DNA of 64,000 nt, from the NCBI GenBank assembly GCA_964276515.1, contig OZ193910.1, forward strand, positions 1,240,001-1,304,000, written 5' to 3'. Shown in pieces: positions 12,133-25,377 of the stretch. The stretch's first letter is position 1; every line of letters starts with the position of its first letter. Source of the DNA: Gordius albopunctatus. Its lineage: Eukaryota. Position numbers and translations under genes: made by a program. The notes under the pieces were generated by a model. It ran no database searches. It was not told the origin of the DNA and saw nothing but the letters and a program-made list of their open reading frames with translations.

Positions 12133-13115
12133 TAAATAAAAGGTACCGGACATTAAATTTTTCTCCTCTTATAACAATTAAGTCAACGGCATAAGCAGGA
12201 TTTTATTTGGTTGGGAAGGGGGGTTTTATATTTTTTCTTAAAATATCAAATAAATTTTATAGGAAAAAAAATTGCAATTTGATTCGAGATTAATATACAT
12301 AATGTAGCATCCATGTGAGTTTGTCCAGACAAATTTAGATTTTACATTGTATTGCGGCTGATGTAAAGAAGATTAAGCTAATTTGGTATTAAAAAATTCT
12401 ATGTCTCACTTAATTAAAAAACCAAATTATCCTGATACTACCCGCTTTAAAAATTAACATGAATTTCTTCTATAATTTTTTTTCAATTATTTCCCCTTTT
12501 CAACTTGACAGCATTTAATGCCTGTGATAGGTGTAGATTAACATTTAAGGTTCTAAATTTGTTTTTAATAACACCTGTTTAGGCGAAATTTTACTAAGAT
12601 GTTTAGAATAGAAGGTACCAGACATTACACTTCAGATACCTATTGGAACTAGCGTTCTTATGTAATTATTTTTCAGCAGATTGTGTAGATATCCTCATTT
12701 AGTAATTATTTTTTAAACTCTTTAATATTTTTAACGCCAAATTATCCTTATTTCGTTTCCGTTAAATTCATTGTAAGTATTCATGCTATAGGTTAGGCAA
12801 TAAATGAATACAAAATCAAATAAACATTTTTTATGGACAGTGATGCTATTTTATGTTAAAAGAAAGTAAATAGTACAAGGCACCCCCTCATGCCTTATTT
12901 GTTTCATCAATGTGATGGTTAATTTAACCAGAAAATATGGCACATGTGACGCTTGTATAAAAAGAAGAGCGCTTGCCCCATATTAATTTTATCTACCATT
13001 TAGAACCATGGGGGATTGAATTAGTAAAAAAGGTATTGTACACAGACTAATTATCATCGTACTTATGAGTTTGGATAACCACAAAGGAGCCAGATGGAGA
13101 TAACGCACGGAGAAT

Positions 13116-13700
13116 AGTATTTCGATCTTTTCTCGGTCTCGAAAGCAAAATCTTGTCTCGTCTCGGGTGCGATCATGATAATCTCGTCTCGGTCTGAAAA
13201 AATCTCGGTCTCGTCTCTACGAGAATTTTCGACATATCTCGACTTTTTAAAAATTGTTTTACTAATAGAAATTACTTCTAATTAATTAATATTATTAAAA
13301 AGTGATAAATTAATGACAAAGTATCTTATTTCTTGAAAGACTCATGCACAAATTTGATAAAGATTTAATGCGACAAGTCATTGATAATATGAACTAATCG
13401 ATGAATATAACAATTTCTATAAAAAGTCCAAATTTAAAAAAAAACTATAAATAAGCTTAAAGTATAATTAATTTTTTTAGATTTGGCATATTATAACATT
13501 TGTATCATCTGTGCCTGTCAAATATAAATAGACTTGGAAATTTGTATGTTTACCTATATTTAACTTGTGTACCAATTTGGGCTAATCGAGACCCTTTATT
13601 AACACTAACTAAAGCTTAGAGCAGACCCTTGTGTAACTAATTTAAGACAAAAACTTTAGTCAATTAATATTACAATTAACAATTATAGCCCATAGAGTTT
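13116..13700. mobile_element. Partial MITE of the GTCTCG/CGAGAC-repeat family (right boundary approximate)
   Basis: TAGT(A/G)TTTCGATCT terminus and internal sequence match the reverse complement of about 61800-62213. Confidence 0.6.
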
Positions 13701-14933
13701 ATTGCATGATTACTATAACGTTATAAACCTCAAAGTGTTGGTGTATATTTTTAATAACAATACTATGATTTTTAAGATTAATAATTACATGCACATATTA
13801 AAACGATACAAAAACAATAATAAAAGTTGCATCATTATTGAGAACATAAGGTTTTGCACGTGGATTGTTTTTTTAAAAATATCATTATAATCAAAAAGCA
13901 AGTATGATAATAATATAGTTAAAGGTCCTTTTTTATATTCAAACAAATTATTAAATATTTATTTTCTAACAGTATAAGTTCGCTTATTTATATTGCACGA
14001 TTGGCACATTGATAGAATAGAAAATTTGAATGCACCTGCCAACCCTACTTTATAATGTGGAAAGTAATATTTTACAAAGCAATGTAATAAGATAATTTCT
14101 TTTAATATATTATGAGTATAAGCGGAAAAAGTTCTAAGAAATTAATGATTTTTTCTAATAAGGTGTCATCGAATACTCTAATATAGTTCTGAAAATAATC
14201 GTTAGACAGGCACAATTGTCGCTAGGATGCTTAAAAAGTCTATTACAACCTTAGCTTAACTTGGTAGTTATTTAACAACCAGTTTAATATTACAACATCA
14301 GGTATGATGAGAAATTGCGAAATTAAAAAATGCTTTAGTTATAATATTTAATTCTCCATTGGAAATCATTTTAAGCCAATTTTATTTATATATAATTATG
14401 CCATGAATACAAATATGTGATAGATATTTATCAAATTATTCACATACCCTAAGGCTCACTCTTACTTAGGTAAATGAACACAAACTACCGAAATTTAGAT
14501 TTCTGCAAAAATAGATTGTATACACCTTGCGTCTTTTTAATATTAAATATATTCCAATCATGTGGATTTTCATTTAATATCTAAATGTGAATGATACGAA
14601 ATAAAAATAAACAATTAAATTTAGTAAAATTTTATGATCAATAAAATTTAAAATTTTATTAAAATTATTGTAAGATATTTAAATAAAAGGAGGGTATATA
14701 TAGAATGTATATAGATTACCCTTATAACGTTAGAGTAGACTCTCTCGTTGTAGTACTTACAAATGGTGGTCAAAATTGGCATCATTTTTTAAAAGCGAAT
14801 AAGCAATCTATTTAGTCTATGATTAAAACGCTAGGCGCACCACATTTATACAAATTCACATATTTGTTGTCAGGATTTAAAAAATTCTCTGTAATAAATA
14901 AAATGAATTTGAGAAAATACAATATTTAGCAAA

Positions 14934-17900
14934 TTAATGTCTAGGTTTTAGATCCATAGTGAGGTGATTTATTTTTGAGGTAATTTCGGTAAATAGCATG
15001 AGATCATTTTTCAATTTTCTGTTCAAATCATCTTTTTCGACTAAAGAAGTCTCCTGCTGACGACATAACGCTTCCAAAGAAGATTTCTACAAATGAAACA
15101 TGATATAGTAAATTTCCGATATATAAATAATTGTTTTAAATATTACTTCGGAGGCCAATTTTTTTCTAGCTTCATCCACTTTTCCCATTTCCCTCTTCAT
15201 TTGCTCCAAGGCCATGTGCAATTTTTCATTCTCCTTTTCACTTTTAGCCAAACTTTCGTTTAAGCTTTGACATCGATTAGACGATTCTATATACACAATA
15301 TAGATTTTGAAAAATTATTAATATACATTTTTTTAAATAAGCTTAATTCATCAACATTTCTGTTTAAAATTAGATTTTTTCTTAAAAATGAAATGATATA
15401 CCCGTCATTTTTGTTTCTCGCTCCGTTATATCTTTCGCTAGCCTGGCGTTTTCATGTTCCAAGAAGGTTATCTGCTGATTTAACCTTTGAAAATATAAAA
15501 AAGTTTAATTTTTCGAAATTATTAAAATCCTAATTTCAACTGTCTATTTAAATTAAAAAGCTAATTTACGTTTCTTGTTGAGTTTTAGATTGTTCGTGAT
15601 GTTTTTGTAATACTTGATGCATCTCCTTAAGTGAATTACAATCCATCCTAACGGCTTCTAAACTCTTTTGGACACCTTCGCGTCTATGAAAACACAAATA
15701 TACAATTTCATAAATGTTAATTTTATACTATCAAAAAAGTTGTTATAATTATTGCAGTTATCGCATTTGCAAATGACGCCATGATGTATATCCCGGTGTT
15801 GCAAAAACAGCTGGTTTTTTTGGGTCGGACATAAGTTTTGTCGACAAAACATAAATACACCAAAGATTTTTTAGTCAATTTTTCTTAGTCTTCACTAAGC
15901 GTAGTCCAAATTTGAGAAAGTAGAGCAGAGTCAGCGTTAGTTTAACTAATAAATCAAAGGCCGGCAACTTTCGGTTTATGTCTTACCGATAAGTTTCCAG
16001 CGTTTCTCTGTATTTTTATGGTTGTCTAGATATTTTAAAGAGTGACCAACCGTTTTTATATCTCTTGATTTTAAAAGCGTCATTACAATAGTATGGAGTT
16101 GGGGTTGAATAAAAATATCCATTTTTTCCTGTAGCTTTACTTCATTAACCTCTTTTCAAATGATATACAAATACAAGGATAGAACAGTAATTAGGAAGAA
16201 ACACTATAAGTTCTGATAAATACAATATCACAAAACTTATTATAACAAATCCATAGACTAGCTAGAATCTGCTCATAAAACTTTGTTTTCCCGCCCTTTT
16301 GAAATGTCCACAAAAAAAGGGAAGGAATCAATTAAGGTGTTTCTAAAATATATATATCACTAGCTGTGCCCGGCCAAGCGTTGCTTAGGCTCAGTCCTTA
16401 GTGGTTAAATAAGTATAACCTATTAATAAGACTACTTATCTAAAATGGGGTCATAATTCAAATAAATAAAATATCCATAATATTTATTTAGAGCACGAAT
16501 TTTATCCCGTCGTGGATTTTATGAACCCACTATTTTTAGTATATATATAATAAGACAAACCAAATGCGAATTCTGTTTTAGTCCTCAAATCCCACTAAAA
16601 TTAAATGTTTTTGAAAAAATTGCTGATCAATGCTGTTACTTATTATACAATAATACCATTGTTTTATTTTTCTAGTTCGCTGATTTATTGGAAATACAAT
16701 TTTCCTAACGCTTTTCATGTCTAAATTTAACTAAAATGCCAATCATGATTTACTGCTACAGGATACATTCTATTCGAAAATTACAAATATTCAAATCATT
16801 TTGAATTGCTTCCTTAAAGATTCAACACGTTGACCTAACTAAATCCGAAAAGGGCTCTAATAACTTTATATATAAAATCAAATCAGATAAATACCCGTGT
16901 TTACAAAATAACAAGTAATTATAGGAACATTGCAAATACAATAAAATCCTTACTGTGCAATTTATGGACTGATTTGCAAAGAAAAATCTTATTAAAATAT
17001 GAAAAAATTACTTGCCTTAAATTTAATAGTCTTAGGATCATCATCCCTGGGCATCTACGGCTAACGGTAGTTTCAGAATTTAGCCCTTACATACATACAC
17101 ACATACATAGACTTTATATATATAGATTAACAAAATTTATAAAAATCAAAAAATCTTGTGTGTCACATTATTTTTTTCCCTCAACCGAGCCAGAAATAGC
17201 TTGTAGTGGTGGTTGAGCTTGTGTACTCTCGTGATCCAAGAAGCTATACCTTTCGTAGCCAAACACAATTTTTATGTTTGTTACTGGTGGGGTCACCTTA
17301 TTGGCAAGGTTCTTGGTGAAGGGTCAGACTAAAATTTCTGGGCTTTTATTTATTAACTAATGACGAGGTAAATTCACTTTTTCTGTTTTAAAAAGACATG
17401 GGGTATAAAAAAATTCAAAAATGGATGGTACACATTTAACCACATGAAACATAATAAACCTTAACCTTAATTAATAGATGGATAGCAACGTTCAATTAAC
17501 ACAAAAATAGGATTATTATTTTAAAAATTTTGCCCGCTTAACTACGAAATAAGTTACCTGATAATTTCGGAGGATAAATTAATTTTAGCTTCTTCCACGT
17601 TTTTAGCTAGGGCAAGCATCTCAAAATCTTTGTTCTTCAGTGAACTCTTCATTTTCTCAAGGCACTCTTCAAAATCTTTAGCGTCATCGCGCAACCCATA
17701 CTTTTCTTCTTCCAATAGAGTTATTATGCGTTGGTATCGCGAAAACTTGGTATGATACAACAAAATTATTATAGCATAAAATCAAAAGTTTACCAAAGTC
17801 CAGTCTTGATATTGGAATTAAATTGGTGCTAGATCAAAGTTTTAAATCGGCTTTTATGTGAATCTTAAGTCAAAACCCCAAATTGCTGCAATTTCGATAT

Positions 17901-20900
17901 GGTGCTATGCCTAATTAAAAAGTTTAATTTCTCACGAAAATCTTTCTTCATCCTCTGAAGTTGTTTATATAAAAATAATGCTTAAAAGTTTCAAATTCAC
18001 TCCAACCCATATTACAAATATTTTAGTAGACTACTACTATAAATTGAGATAATTATATTATAAGTAATGGGCATGGCCAGCATTGGAGTTATAGGGGGGA
18101 GGGGGTAATAATGATTTAGGCCGGGAAATAATGTACATTTTTTTGAAATTTTAGCCATAATTTTAATAAATTTCAACAGAATTTTGGATTTAAAGGGGGG
18201 CAGCCGCCCCTCCCTGCCCCCCTGGCTACGCTCATGAATAGGATTTAAAAGAGCCCACAGGACTAAAACAAGGTTTGCAATACCTGAGCTTCGAGTTTGA
18301 TGTTGGTGGCTTGGGATAGAATTAATTGATTTTGCAATTGTTGTATCAAGGCGTTGTGAACGCTTATCAACCCTTTTTGACTCTTTTGCCAAATCTAGGA
18401 AATTCAAATTTAATTTTAAATATTATAACACGTATCTTCTACCTTATTATCCACTTCGCGACTTTCATAGATACCCATCAATTCGCTCATCGACATTTCT
18501 TTGCCCTAAATAAATTATACAAAAAAAAACTTTCAAATTCATGCACGGGCACAACTATATAATATATGTATGTATACTACTAATCCCACATTCTTAATAA
18601 GTTAGAAGGATGCTTTAAAGTAAAGTTTCTGAATAGTTATCAACACTATACCCGTCTTTGAATCTAGATTAAAAAAGCGAATGCACGTTGAAGCATAGCC
18701 ACGCCATTTTAGATTTGTTTTTGCGCATAAAACAAGTATTTATCCTTTCCAAACTGAAATTGTTGATTCCACGATACATGTAAATCGCATATTTGGACAA
18801 ACAAAAATTTGGCACCATCAAGTTGAATCCTTTATTTAAGACCGAGGCTATAACATAAAAATTGTAAACAAAATGCTCTTAAAATGGCATTTATTAAATA
18901 CACATTCAACCAATAATTTACGGAATATAAAAGCAATTCTACTAATTTTGAGTAAATACTTCATATGGGTTAAGACGAACTAACTTCAACGTAATTCGCT
19001 TATGATATAATGATGCATACAAATAGATTCAATCAAGTCTCTCAAGAATTTCCAAAAATATTTTTAGTGTGTTGCCAAAAGTATTTGGTCCCAATTTTAT
19101 CCCTACAATTTCGTAGGCACTATTGTGATTGGCCATCGTGGCAGTCATGTGACTCATATCGCTGCCGCCTGGTCGTCGAGAATGTTGTACCGAGCTGCTG
19201 ATGTCGAAATCGAAAAGAGTGGTCCCGTTAGGGTTATTTTGATCGAATGTCCAAAAAAAGGGATCAGCTGTTGAGCGAGAAGAATTGTTGTTATCTAGGC
19301 ACTCATAAGTGTTGACCCCCGATATGAGGTTAAATTGTCGTTTGGCACTTTTTTATAAATTAAATTTAAACTCTTACCAAAATTTATAATAGGATTATTA
19401 ATAATTTAAGATAGATCCAAATATTGGCATGAAGAATCAAGTATACAAATCTCAAAAAATTATACTTTTGGTAAATTAAAAAAGAAAAACTCTTACTTTT
19501 GAATTGTATCACCCAGAGGTTGATAGTTGTGTTTATGGTTTCTATTGAGAGCCCTCATTGCTAAGTCTATGCAAATATCTATGGTTTCCATTTGACCTTC
19601 CTTGTCACTTCTTCCTCCATCCTTTGCTTGAGCCAAAATTTTGGCTAGCCAATTACTTAACCAAGGTACAATGTTAACTTGGCATTTGATCAATTCGTCT
19701 TGTCTAAATTCAGCCTTTGATGCAACTATGTAAACATTTTATTTTAAATTATATATAATCCTATATATATATATATGAAACTATGTGTGTGTGTGTGTGT
19801 GTATGCCGCCACCAATTTTGGAAAACTACCAGACCGATTTGGCTCAAAATTTCACAGTTTATTCCCCACACTCCGGAGAATGTTTTAAGATTTGTTCGAG
19901 CCAAATCGGTGCAGTAGTTTTCGAGTATTCGTACGCGTTGGGAACAATAAAAGTAGAACATATAGACGACATCAAACTTTATTTATACTTCAATAACCGC
20001 TTTGTCATCATATATGATGCCCTAAAATTCCAACATAATTTAATAGACCCGGGTAAATGGCAAAACAACGTTTGCCGGGTTCATCTAGTTATTTATAAAT
20101 AAAAATTCTAATCTTGACATGGAATTATATATAATAAAACCTCTATCCTAATATTAGTCAATACAAAAAAAGACTTCACTTCTACATTAAGGAACTTAAA
20201 TTTAAAAATATTTTAGAGGGGAAAGGAGTTATATACAAAATTAATGATTACACTGGTCAACAAATAATGGACTTGTGAAATTAACCTGCGAACTATTTGC
20301 AGATTCTGTCAGAGTTTTTCACTGTGAATACAAATATATGTTTTTAGTTTTTTCCCTATACGTCAAGTTTTTTAAATATTCGCTGTTAAAGTTGCCAAAA
20401 ACGCGATTTTAGCGTTTTTCAAACGTCAATAACTTGCAAATTAATCGGTACATTTAGTGCTGAATCTGCGGGCTATTTGTGATAGGTTAATTAGCGTCGC
20501 GAAGTAGTAAGGTAATGTAAATGAGTCGATTAAGTTTCGAAGTAGAGTTAAGTAATATTCCGCGAGCAATCAATTACCTATTATGGATGCAACACGTGTG
20601 ATTATTTAAAATTTTCTTATATTTTTTAACTCCATGCAATTGAGAAAACTTTATAGATTACCTAATATGGCAATATAAAGACACTTTATTGTTGCAAATA
20701 TCATATTTTGAGCCAACCACAAAATTTAGACAATTAATAACTTAACTAATTCATCTTATCATAAAAATAACTTTAAAATAAATATTGTACTACATTCTAA
20801 CAGACAATAAATGGATCGTCTGCTTTAAATAAGATTAGCCGCCTTTAAAATATAATCCTTACTTTTATTCAAATCAGTTGGATATGCTAAACCAAACAAC

Positions 20901-23307
20901 AAATACAATAGATTATGACTATTCCCTTCTTCAGAAAAATTGCCAGAACTATATTGACCATAAAGATGACTGATTACATGGCAACATACTAAACAACATT
21001 CCTTCAAATCTTTTTTAAAATCACAATCAAACTCCTGGTGCCCAATTGTTGAGGGAATTGTACTTAATCTTGAAGGATTGAAATTTGTAAGTTCATAGTG
21101 TAGTAATGCATTAGTTGAATCCCAAAACTTTTTCAAAACTCCAGAAAATGATAAAGGATTTTGAATTGCTCTAATTGCGGTGTGGATGGCTAATATCAAT
21201 TAAGAAAAGATTAATTAAAATCACTTTTATTTAAAGGGTATGCAAAAATTATAATATTTATTTACTCACTCATAAACACCGGACATATATAAGGGATTCT
21301 AGCCAAAATATGTTTTAAGTATCGCCTTTGATCATCTGTGACCGTATTTAATTTTGTTTGTGGCAAGATGTTTGACAATATTTCATTTAATTCCTCAAAA
21401 AACATGCCCAAAATGATCCAAACATTTTGTAGAAAGTCATTAACTTTTGCACCCGGTAAAACACAAATTGTATTTTTGGTTTGAATATCCTTAGTATGTT
21501 AATTATGTCAAAGTTATATATATGCAAATAATTATAATATTAATGTTGGAAAAAGATTTATAAAAATGATTATACATTTATAATGTTATTAAGCAGGTCT
21601 AAGGTACCACCAGGTGCTGTTAGAGCCAGGTTTTCCATTTTAATATCACTATTAAATGATTGATCAAAACTATTGTTTGAAGAACTTTGAGGTTTATGTA
21701 GCAACAATTTTTTAAAACATCCTAAAAAGTTTGACAAAAACGTATTTGCCATAAGCTCTGAATTTTGGTCTTTTTCATCAAAACTTGTCTCCATGTTGTC
21801 TATAAGTGAGGGTTGACAGTAATCATTCAATGCATTGCATCCTCTCCCTATTTTCTCACTTGTGTGAGCACAAAACAAGGCCCTGAAAAATATTTGTTTG
21901 CACTTTTTGAGCAAACGCAAATTTTTAACTATTTTGGGATATTTGGTTAAATTTTCTTCGCCCAATTTATTTAACGTTGATGGGTACATCAAAAAATTCC
22001 AAAAATAAAAAACCTGTTTACAAACAAAGGTATTTTATATAAAATAAAATTGTTTTAAAAGTTCCAATATTTATTAAATTAACAAGCAATTATTAAGTCC
22101 AAACTTGAAACAGAATAGATGGGTCTTGCAGTGATACAATTTTAAACATCTGCTCTATGCATTGATCCATATGCTCATAGCTAGAAGTAATAATATATAT
22201 TTAAAAATTTAATCATAATTTATTTTTATAAAATTTATGTTTTACCTCTCAAAAAATTGGTAAATCATAGGAATTTGAATGACATCATTTAAAAGTTTAA
22301 GGGCCAACAACGTAGTATTAGTATCTTTAGTAGGAGATATATTGGCAAATATAATTTGGATGGCTTGTGTAATATTGGCTGTTGTCAAAAAAGCCTACAA
22401 GTCTAAAGGTTTATTATACAAAATCTTACTCTAATTTTTGGGCTTGATCTGCATACTATGGTGAGGTAAAGCATGAGTGAATTTAGTATAACTTTTTTGT
22501 TTGAACTTTCAAAATACTTTATCAAAGTTCTGCAGGAGTTTTTAATTCTTTCCAAACTCTTTATAATTAAAAAAAACTAATTATAAAGTAAAATGTACCC
22601 ATGAACTAACAAAATGTTCAAAAAATTTAGAACTGTCTTTTCTTGCTATATTTGTCACCAGACTCAAAGCTATGATTGTAATATCCTCTTGCATGGTAAA
22701 ACTTGTGAAAAGAATATAAATTTTTTTAAATATCTTACATTATGTCAATGCAAGTTTTAATCATATCAACAAAGAGATAATTAATGTAGCCCTCAAAATT
22801 AATATAATCAATTGTAAGATCCATAATTTTCAGGCACTAATTAAAATCACTATCAAGTTCATATATATACTTGACAAAAGACATGATCATTTTTATCATA
22901 ATTATTAGAGTTAAGGTGTGTTAATACCGCAAATGAGATTATTGATGGATTCCACATAATTTGTATTGTGGGGTTTTCAACTTAATTGCATTGCACTTTA
23001 ACTTTAAATAATTACCTATTTTATACAGAATATTAAGAATTTTGTATGGAAAATTGGACGTTGATAACTTTTTATCATTTAACAAGTTAATTAGGCAAAC
23101 AATTGCTTCATTAAAATTTGCCGATTCTGATGACCAAGCTGCTAAATTTTGCTCAACTTTTCCACCGAAAATCTGTTCATTTAAGAATTTAAACATAGCC
23201 ATTACAAAATTTACATCAATTTGAAGTTGCAAAACAGCTTTATTTTCCTCGCATCCATCTTTTAATATGTATTCATTGTAAGCATTCAATAAGGATCTAA
23301 TTTCCAT
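14934..23307 (-). CDS. CIP2A: CIP2A (KIAA1524) homologue: N-terminal armadillo region plus C-terminal coiled coil; many exons, not all boundaries resolved
   Basis: Segments colinear with human CIP2A as recalled: IRSLLNAYNEY/LKSLLLTVSQY; EAIVCLINLLND/ECLSCLVELLED; NITQAIQIIF...YEHMDQCIEQM...QDP/NIHQTFQLIF...YEHFSSCLHQV...KDP; MSELMGIYE/ISDIMDVYE; RKKLASEKSSLE...LVEKDDL/RKELSIKASSLE...LEEKESL. Ends MDLKPRH*. Confidence 0.8.
16360..17126 (-). mobile_element. Non-autonomous Helitron in a CIP2A intron
   Basis: 5' A|TCTATATATATAAA followed by a TGTA microsatellite; 3' GC-rich hairpin (CTAAGCAACGCTTGG) then CTAG|T; no TSD. Confidence 0.8.
19759..20088 (+). mobile_element. Non-autonomous Helitron in a CIP2A intron
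   Basis: A|TC start, (TA)n and (TG)n runs, 3' hairpin GGCAAAACAACGTTTGCC, CTAG|T end. Confidence 0.82.
20283..20450. repeat. Unclassified interspersed repeat, second copy at about 51951-52097
   Basis: Shared block ACGTCAAGTTTTTTAAATATTCGCTG.CAAAGTTGCCAAAAACGCGATTTTAGCGTTTTTCAAACGTCAATAACTT. Confidence 0.75.
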
Positions 23308-24278
23308 TTTATTTGAATATAGCGCTATAAATAAACATGTGTACTTTTAATTTGTTAACAATTCGTTACACACAAATCGGTGCACTACGGCTATATATAT
23401 TATGTATACATATAGCAAATATAATTATAATTTAGGTTTTTTGGGAGATGATAGGTATTCCACAAAGATCTTTTTAATTTTACTTTGAATTCAATAGTAG
23501 TTTAGTCTTATTTTTAGCTGTATCTCTTTTGGCTGGGGTCCCTTAAGAAGAATGTCTCCCATCCAAATAAAATGAGATATTTGCTTTTGACATAGCGTAT
23601 TTGTTTAGGTAATATTGAATATTATATTCCCTATACTTGTGGTACTCTATCTATGGCCTAGGGGCAGGCTAAGATTAGATTGGAGGTAAGGGGCAAATTT
23701 TTTCAAAATTATTGAATTGAATGTAGAAATTTAATTTTTTTAATTTATCTGTGGAAAGTCGCCCCCTTCCCCTCATTACTCCCAAGCACTTTAGATTTTC
23801 TTAGTTTATCTTTGTTAAAATAAAAGCGAAAACCTTTTTCACTAATTGCTAAAATTAGATCAGCATTATATTGTAGATCTTTTTTTAGCAAAAGTGGTTC
23901 ACCTACGAAGTTTTTTTGTGTTAAAATATAATTATTGGAAAAAAAATCATAAAGAATAAGTGTTATAAATATTTGAAAAACTTTCTGATATAGCAAGTGA
24001 ACAGTCAAAATCGCTTAATTGAAAATCGCTGACCCTTAAATACTATAACCCTTGCCTTGTCCCTTACCCCTCCCCTTTTGCCCGCCCCCTGATTCCTCCA
24101 ACCAATCATGATATTCTAGCAATAAGTTCTATAATCCGCTAGGTAGGGGCAAAATGATCCTTTTTTGAAATTTTAGGCATAATTTTAATAAATTTCAACA
24201 AATTTTTGTATTTAAAGGGGGGCAGCCGCCGCTCCCTGGACCTCCCCCCCCCTGGCTAGGCCCATAACCCAAACTATT

Positions 24279-25377
24279 TATTTAAATAAGAAATAATATA
24301 ATAAAATTAGAAATAATCAACTCATAATAAGATCATTTTATTGATACTAAGGCCGGGGTCCGGAACTAGAGAAAAATATATTATTTTTAGGATAACAATG
24401 AAAACATATGTTAATTACCAACTCGGATTTTGGTTACACTATCAAAATATATAATTATAGCAATAATATAATCTGTAGTAGAAAATGATATACAAATATA
24501 CGTATTCACATATACAACATCATATATGACACCTTTCCCTTTAAAGAATGAGTTCTTCGACCATATGCTCAAACAACAATGTGTGCATTCAATACTTTTG
24601 AAGTGGGCTAGCTGTAAGTGTGAGATGGGATGGAAATTATCAGAAGGGGAAATATGGAGGTTTTTAGGGTGTGGACTTGGCAACGTGGATTCTGGGGATG
24701 CTATTTCCAAGAATGGATTAGCTGGGAAGGTGAGATGGGGTGGAAATTGCCAGAAGGGGAAATATGGGGGTTTGAGGGTGTGGATTTGGAAAAGTGGGTT
24801 TTGGGGAAGCTAGTGGCAGGGGTTGAACTGATATGTGGATTTTTCATTTACAGTATTAAGGCTTTGCTGGCCTACTGAATCCCCTGAATTTATGGACCCT
24901 GAGAATAATCATATCCTCCTCACATCCATAGAATAATGTTTCCTTTTTCATATCATAAGTTCTTATTATCCCTTGAATACTCATTGAATTAATATCATAT
25001 GTTCTTATTATCATCTCTTTTCCCCCTTTGAATTAAGCACTGAATTTTGAATTCTTTCTTCACTCTTTTTGTTCAATAACCTTGGTTTAATTGAGGCTTG
25101 AGTTCTTCTTTTACTATCACCATTTATTTAAATAAGAAATAATATAATAAAATTAGAAATAATCAACTCATAATAAGATTATTTTATTGATACTAAGGCC
25201 GGGGTGGGGAACAAGAGAAAAATATATTATTATTAGGATAACAATGAAAACATATGTTAATTACCAACTCGGATTTTGGTTACAATATTAAAATATATAA
25301 TTATAGCAATAATATAATCTGTAGTAGAAAATGATATACAAATATACGTATTCACATATACAACATCATATATGACA
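24279..25377 (-). mobile_element. Miniature non-autonomous LTR retroelement (TRIM-like)
   Basis: Two 253-bp direct repeats (24279-24531, 25125-25377; about 7 differences), TSD CTATT on both sides, PBS-like TGGTGATAG after the 5' LTR, polypurine tract AAAGGGAAAGG before the 3' LTR, 593-bp interior without pol motifs. Confidence 0.88.

Noticed and set aside
19227..19237. TAACCCTAAC on the minus strand, resembling a telomerase RNA template, in a GC-richer patch
   Set aside because: It lies within a 105-codon open, phase-compatible CIP2A exon (..QNNPNG..); no other telomerase RNA features were identified.
23173..23214. Apparent 14-aa insertion VNFVMAMFKFLNEQ in the CIP2A N-terminus
   Set aside because: Better explained as a 42-nt stop-free GT-AG intron.
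24411..24878. Three overlapping ORFs inside the miniature LTR element
   Set aside because: Products of a GC-richer tandem duplication; no gag or pol motif recognised.
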